From NCBI GenBank assembly GCA_048939465.1, contig JBHLPL010000090.1, positions 1-7,878 on the forward strand: a stretch of 7,878 bases of DNA, given 5' to 3'. Position numbers and translations under genes: made by a program. The notes beneath the pieces are model-generated. The model was not told where the DNA came from. It searched no databases and saw nothing but the letters and a program-made list of their open reading frames with translations. This document shows positions 1 through 6,561 of the stretch, one piece after another; position 1 is the stretch's first letter, and every line of letters starts with the position of its first letter. Origin of the DNA: Promethearchaeota archaeon (GTDB taxonomy: Archaea > Asgardarchaeota > Odinarchaeia > Odinarchaeales > JBHLKK01).

Positions 1-1302
1 AGGGTTTCTTAAGAATAGGACACCAAAGAGCAGGGTCGGAGCCGAAAGGATCAGTACAAATGCAAATGGAAGGAAGGGAGATATACCATATAAGAATCCT
101 CCAATCAATGGACCAAATATAAAGGAAATATCGAATATCGCGTATTGAAGCGCAAAACCCGTACTTCTTTTATCTCTGGGAGAGAATGCAGCTATCATAG
201 CAAACTCGGTATTGAACCTCAAGGCATTTCCTACGGAGAAAGGAATTTGAGATAAAAGGACATCAACGAGGTCCGATGCTCGTATGAATAATATAATGCC
301 TAGAAGATAGAAAGGCACCGCGAGTAACAAAAGATTTCTCTTGCTGTACTTGTCCACAATCCTCCCTGTCGGGATCTGAGCTATTGTATTGACTCCTATG
401 GAGAATGATATCCAGATTCCTAGCTCTACAACTGTAAAACCAAGTTCCTCATCAAGATAGATGGCCATAAATGCATTTATGGAAGCAAGGATAAGCGATG
501 CCAATATGATGAACCCATAGAGACCTAGAATAGACTTGCTTCGAAAACCAAGAGCTTGCTCGGGTTGATAGCTATCGTCTAGATTGCCACGAGCTTTGGG
601 ATTTCCCGTTATTGATTCCTCTGGGGTGTTTGCTGACACGGAAACTGGCTCATAAGTTTCTCTTAGCATTAGCCAACGAATAGCCGTTACAGTCATCATG
701 ACTGCTCCTGATATCACAAATAAATAGGGCAACGATATTAGGTACCGAAGATGTTCCGGCACCGGGCCAGCAAAGTAGATTATGAGAAAGGCAGCCAGCA
801 ATGGTGCTAAGATATTGAAGCCCCCTCCTATTGTTTGAAATACACCATTTGCAGTGCCTCTCCTATCCGAAGGAACTGACTCGGCCATCATAACCTGCAT
901 TGGGTTAACGTAGGCAGCGTGCAAAAGCTGTTGAATGAACACAGGAATCATCAATAAAACCCATGAATTGAAGAGAATGAAGCTTGTGTAAGCAACACCA
1001 GTCAAAAAGGTTCCTACTATAACAAAAGGCTTTCTTCCCCTCCTGTCGCTTATTCTTGCAAAGAGGATGCATGACAGAGCATGGGCCGAAGTCGTGACTG
1101 CAAGAAATATGCCGATCTCAAAGGTGCTGGCTCCAAGATCACGAATATATAGATTAAGAAAATTGTTCCAGCCAAAGAAGAGGATCATCATTCCCATTGT
1201 TACACTAAGGACATATATGTTTCTCCAAAGACTCTTATTAACGCTGAAGGATGATTCTTCTGAAGCTTTTTCATTAACATCCTTTTCATTAGCTTTACTC
1301 AA
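1..1302 (-). CDS. Major facilitator superfamily (MFS) transporter, 3'-partial (runs off the left edge)
   Basis: Translated by hand on the minus strand; it is absent from the ORF track because no stop falls in the window. It starts at TTG 1302 and is open for 434 codons: MSKANEKDVNEKASEESSFSVNKSLWRNIYVLSVTMGMMILFFGWNNFLNLYIRDLGAS... It shows MFS motif A (ARISDRRGRKP), its second-half counterpart (GRIVDKYSKR), ESVPSDRRGTANG, FSPRDKRSTGFA and FGPLIGGFLY, with about 12 hydrophobic segments split by a hydrophilic central loop. Confidence 0.92.
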   Translation of the reverse strand, partial: MSKANEKDVNEKASEESSFSVNKSLWRNIYVLSVTMGMMILFFGWNNFLNLYIRDLGASTFEIGIFLAVTTSAHALSCILFARISDRRGRKPFVIVGTFLTGVAYTSFILFNSWVLLMIPVFIQQLLHAAYVNPMQVMMAESVPSDRRGTANGVFQTIGGGFNILAPLLAAFLIIYFAGPVPEHLRYLISLPYLFVISGAVMMTVTAIRWLMLRETYEPVSVSANTPEESITGNPKARGNLDDSYQPEQALGFRSKSILGLYGFIILASLILASINAFMAIYLDEELGFTVVELGIWISFSIGVNTIAQIPTGRIVDKYSKRNLLLLAVPFYLLGIILFIRASDLVDVLLSQIPFSVGNALRFNTEFAMIAAFSPRDKRSTGFALQYAIFDISFIFGPLIGGFLYGISPFLPFAFVLILSAPTLLFGVLFLRNP

Positions 1303-1305
1303 TCT

Positions 1306-1315
1306 ACCTCACCCC
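1306..1315 (-). promoter_or_regulatory. Archaeal-type Shine-Dalgarno (GGGGTGAGGT) for the MFS gene
   Basis: The minus strand reads GGGGTGAGGT-AGA-TTG. GGTGA is complementary to the 16S 3' tail (AUCACC) and is typical of archaeal RBSs. Confidence 0.65.
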
Positions 1316-1550
1316 AAGGGTGCGTTATTTAGGGATCATATGGTATAAAAAAATATGGAGAGGTTTGTATTATCTTTGATGAATGGAATGTTATAATAGG
1401 CCCCCCTCTGGTTTGCTCATGACTTGACGCATCGCAATCAAATGAGGAAGTTGACATGGTTTTGCCTTTCCCCCTTCCTTGTCTGTAATCTTCCTCCTCC
1501 AGTCTACATCATCATCGGGACCTTGGTAATCTTAGACTTCTTTATGATCT

Positions 1551-1685
1551 TCAAATGAGCAGGGGACGTCTTAGCACCAAAGCAACTTGTTCAGGTTTCA
1601 GTACGTTTCTTGGGGACCCTATATCCTTTGTTACGTTCCTTACCTTCATTTTTACTACAAACAATTCTTTCAGCTCCCCTATCAT
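1551..1685 (-). CDS. Putative small protein (44 aa from ATG 1685; 37 aa from TTG 1664; 32 aa from ATG 1649)
   Basis: MIGELKELFVVKMKVRNVTKDIGSPRNVLKPEQVALVLRRPLLI*. It lies about 55 nt downstream of a minus-strand TTTATATA box, and AGGGGAG precedes the TTG start. I recognise no homology. Confidence 0.35.
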   Translation of the reverse strand: MIGELKELFVVKMKVRNVTKDIGSPRNVLKPEQVALVLRRPLLI

Positions 1686-1698
1686 TTTATGCCTATCA

Positions 1699-1740
1699 AT
1701 CCATTATGATAGACATGATAATAATATCATCATCATGGAT
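1699..1740. promoter_or_regulatory. Nested imperfect inverted repeat, candidate operator
   Basis: ATCCATTATGAT (1699-1710) pairs with ATCATCATGGAT (1729-1740) at 11/12 positions. An inner ATGATA-ATAA-TATCAT spans 1715-1730. It sits between divergent transcription units, next to a TATA box. Confidence 0.45.
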
Positions 1741-1747
1741 ATATAAA
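1740..1747 (-). promoter_or_regulatory. Archaeal TATA box (TTTATATA) for leftward transcription
   Basis: The minus strand reads AAAAACACAACC-TTTATATA, an A-rich upstream run followed by a consensus TATA. Confidence 0.5.
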
Positions 1748-1792
1748 GGTTGTGTTTTTAGTCTTTTATACCCAGATATAAGTAACCAAACG

Positions 1793-1800
1793 TTTAAATA
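1793..1800 (+). promoter_or_regulatory. Archaeal TATA box (TTTAAATA) for the ArsR-like gene
   Basis: ACCAAACG-TTTAAATA ends 52 nt before the ATG at 1853. Confidence 0.45.
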
Positions 1801-1852
1801 GTAATTAGCTATACATCAAATAACTAGCTACATATGAGAATGGCGATTTGAA

Positions 1853-2476
1853 ATGAAGCCCTTGAAAATAATCAGGGATCCGGAATCCTGTCAGTTGGTC
1901 GGAGATGAGACCAGACGAAAAGTGATTTTCCTTCTCAGGGCAAAACCAATGAATGTAAGCCAGATTGCTGAAGCCTTGGAATTGTCTCCCCCGACAGTAT
2001 ATCACCACATTCAAAAACTAAAAAAGGCCGAGATGGTCGAGGTGGCTTATGAGAAGAGATGTGGGCACCTCATCGAAAGCTACTATCGAGCCACAGCAGA
2101 GGTTTTCTATTTCATACTCGGTGAATCTCCACACGCTGCAAAATCACACAAGGAAGCTGTAAAATCCATAGTAGAAGGTCTAAGAAGACTTGGCTTTAAT
2201 GTAAAATACGATGAGAAAATTGCTGGAGAAATCGCTGCCGTGGAAAAGAGGTTGGATAGCTTTAAAGATAATGAGGAATTCATTGAAAGCGTCTCCAAGT
2301 TCGACGACATTAATCCGATATATAGACAGAGTATCGTGTGGATCGCGAAACTCCTTTCTGCATCCGATAAAGAGTATGACGACAGACTTAACCTGCAAAA
2401 GAAGTACAGAGAGCTCTATAAGTCCTTGAAGGAGTCGAACCGAAGTCAATATGCTGCTCCTATTTCCATTTCCTAA
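1853..2476 (+). CDS. ArsR/SmtB-like winged helix-turn-helix transcriptional regulator with C-terminal helical extension
   Basis: The N-terminal wHTH pattern is DETRRKVIFLLRAKPMNVSQIAEALELSPPTVYHHIQKLKKAEMVEV, followed by wing residues (ESYYRA). A helical C-terminal domain of about 110 aa follows. Confidence 0.88.
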   Translation: MKPLKIIRDPESCQLVGDETRRKVIFLLRAKPMNVSQIAEALELSPPTVYHHIQKLKKAEMVEVAYEKRCGHLIESYYRATAEVFYFILGESPHAAKSHKEAVKSIVEGLRRLGFNVKYDEKIAGEIAAVEKRLDSFKDNEEFIESVSKFDDINPIYRQSIVWIAKLLSASDKEYDDRLNLQKKYRELYKSLKESNRSQYAAPISIS

Positions 2477-2690
2477 CTGTTGATGATTTAAGAGACTAAT
2501 ACTCCAAAGTCCTTCTATGGTGCAAGAGGGTGACAAATCGTGAGACGTATCTCATTTCTTCAAAGACTTCCTCAAACATACTATACGTTTCGTAGGACTC
2601 ACTAATTCCTGAACATCCCCCGAACTTTTGATCAGAAGATCGCAAGCAGGTTCTGATTGAAAGATTTTCGCATCTTATTCTTTATGCACA

Positions 2691-3203
2691 TTAAGTCAAT
2701 CGTGGAATCCACTTCGCTACCCTTTTTTTATACTCTAGATAGTCTTTACCAAAGGTCTTTTCAAGTACTGTCTCTTCATAATTCGCCAAATAGTCATAGA
2801 TAATGATAATGATAATCCATGGGATGAGAGATACTGGCGAGACAGTCAGAAGGATGAATGAAAGGTACATTAGAATCGTACCAAGGTACATCGGATGTCT
2901 AACGTAAGCGAAAACTCCATCAGTTACGAGAGCTAAGGGTTCATGTTTTTCACTAGATATGTGTTTTTGGCCAAACAAAGCTTGATGAGACTTTGCCATT
3001 AACACGAAAGCGAGTGCCAGTACGATGAGGAACAACGCAATGCGAATAACCAGCGGCATGAGACCTGCAAACCCTGTCGCAACCTTAAGGACAAAGAAGT
3101 CCAGAATCAGTACAGCAAAGAACATGAAGAATGAGGCAATCTGCAGGGGATGATTCTTTTTGTGTTCTAAACCCCTCATATGATTCTTTCTTTTGGAATT
3201 CAA
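2691..3203 (-). CDS. Isoprenylcysteine carboxylmethyltransferase (ICMT)/PEMT-family membrane methyltransferase
   Basis: It carries the family motifs LVTDGVFAYVRHPMYLG and EETVLEKTFGKDYLEYKKRVAKWIP, plus 4-5 hydrophobic segments. The TTG start is preceded by AAGGAGGT. Confidence 0.88.
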   Translation of the reverse strand: MNSKRKNHMRGLEHKKNHPLQIASFFMFFAVLILDFFVLKVATGFAGLMPLVIRIALFLIVLALAFVLMAKSHQALFGQKHISSEKHEPLALVTDGVFAYVRHPMYLGTILMYLSFILLTVSPVSLIPWIIIIIIYDYLANYEETVLEKTFGKDYLEYKKRVAKWIPRLT

Positions 3204-3209
3204 TACGCA

Positions 3210-3217
3210 ACCTCCTT
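3210..3217 (-). promoter_or_regulatory. Shine-Dalgarno AAGGAGGT for the methyltransferase
   Basis: The minus strand reads AAGGAGGT-TGCGTA-TTG, a 6-nt spacer. Confidence 0.7.
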
Positions 3218-3419
3218 AATATGAAGATTACCAATTGGGGGGGTCTATCGTCTTTCTACCTTTAAGAATGTTAGGCATGATGAGCTATATTTTAAGATCG
3301 TAGGTCTTTTCCATCCATCTTCTGATTCAATGACTGTCAAGAGCTAACAGAGATCAAGTATTCTACGCGTTATCAGAAAGTGTAGCACAAAGGGAATAAG
3401 TGAAAAACATGCTAACTAT

Positions 3420-4493
3420 ATGAACAAGAAACCTAAGGTGGCAGTTTCAATGACTTGTGAAGAGACTCTGGATCAGTATGGTTTAATCATTGAAGAGAAG
3501 ATTGGGGAGTGCTTCTCTGGGATCTTGGATGAAGCGCAATCCTATCATCCCTTTATAGCGGAGGTTTATGCTGCTTTGAAGGAGTATGTGCTTAGAAAAG
3601 GGAAAAGACTTGCCTCCTACAGTACGCTTCAAGCATATAATGGTTATTCGAATGGCGTCGATCATCGAATTCTGAAGGTCTGCGTGGGAATAGAACTCTA
3701 CCGTCACTGCATTCTAATTCATGATGATCTTATCGATAGGGATGATCTTAGGAGAGGAAAAAGAACTATCCACAAATCGTTTTCTGAGAGACGAGATGAA
3801 CGATTTGGTGAAGGAGTTGCTGTCTTTCTCGGTGACGTGCTTTATGCATTAGCTGCTGAGGTGCTAATGAATTCAGGCTTTGAGGATTATAAGCTTGCCA
3901 AGGTTCTTCAAACTCTGTCTGAGGGTTATCGTGAAGTAAACGAAAGCCAGATCTTGGACCTGCTTTTTGAAGGCAAGGAAGTAAGCGCAGATGAATGGTA
4001 CGTTATGGCATCCAAGAGGGCCGCGTCCCTATTTAAGGTAACAATGCTGGTAGGTGCGATTCTAGGTGGTGCCACTGAAAGAGACTTAAAGCTCTTGGAA
4101 GAAGCAGCCTTAAACATCGGATACTCTTTCGATATTCAAGATGATATAATCGATACTTATACGTCTGAGGATCAGTACGGTAGGCCACCATGCAGAGATT
4201 TCGCATTAAGCAAGAAGCCTTTACACATTGTATATGCTTTAGATTCCAAGAACCAGAAAGAATCTGAGACCTTAAGGATGCTACTATGCAAGAAGCCTGG
4301 TGCAGAAGAGATTGACCTGGCAAGATTAATAATCAAGAAAAGTGGAAGTCTGGATGCGTCCAAAGAAAGGTCAAAGCTACATGCTGAGAAAGCAAAGGCA
4401 CTTATCGAAAGCACGAGGATGAATGAAGAAACTAAAAGATCTCTCAGTTCCCTTATCGACTATGTAGAAGAAAGCCTGGACTGGTACAAATAG
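3420..4493 (+). CDS. Trans-isoprenyl diphosphate synthase (polyprenyl synthetase family), divergent; start may be ATG 3450
   Basis: It has FARM LIHDDLIDRDDLRRG, GDVL, ESQILDL, SARM IQDDIID and region I GKRL. AGGTG at 3436-3440 precedes ATG 3450, which favours the shorter start. Confidence 0.93.
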   Translation: MNKKPKVAVSMTCEETLDQYGLIIEEKIGECFSGILDEAQSYHPFIAEVYAALKEYVLRKGKRLASYSTLQAYNGYSNGVDHRILKVCVGIELYRHCILIHDDLIDRDDLRRGKRTIHKSFSERRDERFGEGVAVFLGDVLYALAAEVLMNSGFEDYKLAKVLQTLSEGYREVNESQILDLLFEGKEVSADEWYVMASKRAASLFKVTMLVGAILGGATERDLKLLEEAALNIGYSFDIQDDIIDTYTSEDQYGRPPCRDFALSKKPLHIVYALDSKNQKESETLRMLLCKKPGAEEIDLARLIIKKSGSLDASKERSKLHAEKAKALIESTRMNEETKRSLSSLIDYVEESLDWYK

Positions 4494-4644
4494 TAGGGGT
4501 CTCAGCCCATAGTCTCAAGCAAGAATGTTTTTCCTAGTACTGACATAACACAAAAAAGGTAGAAGCCCAAGAAGAATCAGAAAAAACAAAAGGGAGCATG
4601 GAGAGGAGGGAAAGAGAATTAACAAGAAGAGAGATAGGCCTTCT

Positions 4645-5685
4645 GTGTCGCCTAAATACACTTTGAACTCTTCTTTTAAACGGTTCAGTCAACGCAACAA
4701 TATATTTGGTCGCTTGAACTGGGACAAATCATTTGATGAGTACGATGTCAGTATGTATTCTCGAATTCCGTCGATTCTTTCTCAAAATGCTCCAGGATAT
4801 GACCGTATTGACTTCGCCATGGCTTTAAGCTCTTGGGCAGTATACAACTATTTCAACGGAGCTTTCTCCTGGAAGAAGCTTGGGGATACACAATCAGTTA
4901 TGGCAGAACCGACGTTGCCCAGGTACGAGATAAAAAAGGGAAACATTGGAAGTTTTACCACGAAGATGAAAGCTGCAGTCAAAGCGTCTGGAGCATCACT
5001 TGTGGGAATAGCACCATATGATGCTAGATGGACCTATACCCGCGATAGGCAGAACAATCCTATTGAACTCCCTAGCAAGATGACTTCTGTAATAGCCCTG
5101 GCCGTTGAAATGGATCCGCTGGGCCTGGGAACCTCTCCAACACTAATTTCCAATCACGCTACCGGCATAGGATATTCAAGGATGGCATTTTTAGTCTCAA
5201 TAGTAGCGGAGCTAATCCGAAATCTAGGTTATGGGGCCATACCGTGTGGAAATGACACCGCCCTGTCGATACCAATTGCTATCGATGCAGGATTAGGACA
5301 GCTGGGACGAAATGGTCTTTTGGTTACCAGGGAATTTGGCTCCAGAGTCCGCCTTTGCAAGGTTCTTACGGATATGCCGCTCGAGCATGACAAACCAATA
5401 GATTTTGGCGTCACTGATTATTGTCGTCGCTGCAAGGAATGTGCTGAAGCTTGTGAAGCTGAAGCGATCTCTTTTGACGATGAACCTTCCTTTCGTACTA
5501 CGTGCATCTCCAACAATCAAGGAATCTTGCGATGGGCCGTAGATGTAGAGAAATGTTATCGATTCTGGATTGAGAATGGTGGGGATTGCTCTACATGTAT
5601 AGTAGTCTGTCCGTTCAACTTGCAGACAGGGGGCAAAAGGGACGTTCGGCCGGAAGAGTTCTGGGAGCATGCCGAAAAGAAATGA
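4645..5685 (+). CDS. rdhA: Reductive dehalogenase catalytic subunit homologue (cobalamin + 2x[4Fe-4S]), PceA-like, no Tat signal
   Basis: Motifs: SQRNNIFGR, GASLVGIAPYD, GYSRM, GYGAIP, AGLGQLGRNG, FGSRVRLCKVLTDMPL and DKPIDFGVT. The Fe-S motifs are C260-x2-C263-x2-C266-x3-C270 and C304-x10-C315-x2-C318-x3-C322-P. The second is the RdhA/QueG-type CX10-12CX2CX3CP motif. GTG start. Confidence 0.88.
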   Translation: MSPKYTLNSSFKRFSQRNNIFGRLNWDKSFDEYDVSMYSRIPSILSQNAPGYDRIDFAMALSSWAVYNYFNGAFSWKKLGDTQSVMAEPTLPRYEIKKGNIGSFTTKMKAAVKASGASLVGIAPYDARWTYTRDRQNNPIELPSKMTSVIALAVEMDPLGLGTSPTLISNHATGIGYSRMAFLVSIVAELIRNLGYGAIPCGNDTALSIPIAIDAGLGQLGRNGLLVTREFGSRVRLCKVLTDMPLEHDKPIDFGVTDYCRRCKECAEACEAEAISFDDEPSFRTTCISNNQGILRWAVDVEKCYRFWIENGGDCSTCIVVCPFNLQTGGKRDVRPEEFWEHAEKK

Positions 5686-5851
5686 TCGTGCAAAGAATCA
5701 AGCGTTATCACCCTCAGACCTGCTTCAGAACTCTAAAGGAAATTGTATTCTGCGCAAATAAGCTCTGAAGAATTCTGGTTCATGTTCACTTCCAGATAAA
5801 GAGAAGAGTATTATAGATTTTTCGATTTGTATAATCTGGACAGAAGTCAGG

Positions 5852-6406
5852 CTAGAAGGATTTGAATTTTTCTTTTTTGGCCTTGCAGATGGGGCAAATA
5901 TCCGGCGCGTCGCCTTCAACAGTGTATCCGCAGACTTGGCAGATTTGAACGGGCCCCAAATCCACATCTTCCCCTCGATCTACAGCTTGCTTAGCCTTCT
6001 GATAAAGGCTAGCGTGAATCTTCTCTGCCTCGAGGGCCCAGGCGAAGCTCGTCTCCGCTCCTTTTTCGCCTTGGAACTCAGCAACCGCTTTGTAAGCGGG
6101 ATACATCTCATTGATCTCGAACGTTTCTCCGTCAATGCCGGCCTGAAGATCTTCAGAAGTGCTTCTGGATCCAAAAACAGCCTCAGAAACAGTGACTGAT
6201 CCTCCTTTGCTCATAATGTTCCTGTAGTGGTTGGACGCGTGAATCCGTTCAGCAGAGGCCACGGCTGTGAACAGTCTGGCAACATTCGAGTATCCTTCTT
6301 CCGTTGCCCTTTTGGCGAAGATCGTGTATCTCATATTCGCTTGGCTCTCACCCGCGTAAGCGCTCTTGAGGTTGGCTTCAGTCATATGTCTAACCATTTT
6401 CCTCAT
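5852..6406 (-). CDS. rbr: Rubrerythrin (diiron domain + C-terminal rubredoxin-like domain); start may be ATG 6397
   Basis: The diiron ligand motifs are AGESQA, ERIH, GETFE..MYP and EKIH. The rubredoxin knuckles are CQVCGY and CPICKA. GAGG lies just upstream of ATG 6397. Confidence 0.95.
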   Translation of the reverse strand: MRKMVRHMTEANLKSAYAGESQANMRYTIFAKRATEEGYSNVARLFTAVASAERIHASNHYRNIMSKGGSVTVSEAVFGSRSTSEDLQAGIDGETFEINEMYPAYKAVAEFQGEKGAETSFAWALEAEKIHASLYQKAKQAVDRGEDVDLGPVQICQVCGYTVEGDAPDICPICKAKKEKFKSF

Positions 6407-6465
6407 CTCCTATCTTACTCTCTTTCCTCTTTGAATTCTAACAGACAGATATTTCAAAAAAGGAA

Positions 6466-6473
6466 TATATAAA
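6466..6473 (-). promoter_or_regulatory. TATA box (TTTATATA on minus; reads TATATAAA on plus) in the divergent rbr / radical SAM intergenic region
   Basis: A consensus archaeal TATA about 60-70 nt upstream of the rubrerythrin start. It is the same 8-mer as at 1740-1747. Confidence 0.5.
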
Positions 6474-6561
6474 TATCTCATTACAATGCCTCCTGTTAAG
6501 CATAAAAGGACAATGCACACATAATCTTTCTTCGTTCAGCAGACAGAAGGGGGAGTCTGAA

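Noticed and set aside
2501-2581. Short minus-strand ORF MFEEVFEEMRYVSRFVTLLHHRRTLEY*
   Set aside because: No RBS, no promoter and no recognisable homology, so it is consistent with chance.
2570-2640. Minus-strand CTGATCA...GTGAGTCCTACGAAAC resembling a hammerhead ribozyme core
   Set aside because: There is no intact CUGAUGA next to a stem II, and no flanking stems I and III with a UH cleavage site.
3277-3325. ATGATGA...CTGA at C/D-box sRNA-like spacing
   Set aside because: I see no credible internal D'/C' boxes, no terminal stem and no guide complementarity that I can recognise. It also lies in a divergent promoter region.
4598-4666. Out-of-frame mini-ORF MERRERELTRREIGLLCRLNTL* overlapping the rdhA start, with a TRRE resembling a Tat motif
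   Set aside because: It lacks the F-L-K consensus and a hydrophobic h-region even if frameshifted into rdhA. Arg/Glu codons are expected in this purine-rich stretch.
4645-5685. Annotation as epoxyqueuosine reductase QueG
   Set aside because: The N-terminal QRNNIF and YSRM/DKPIDFGVT segments resemble RdhA more closely, and archaea are not known to make queuosine. This is not formally excluded without a tree.
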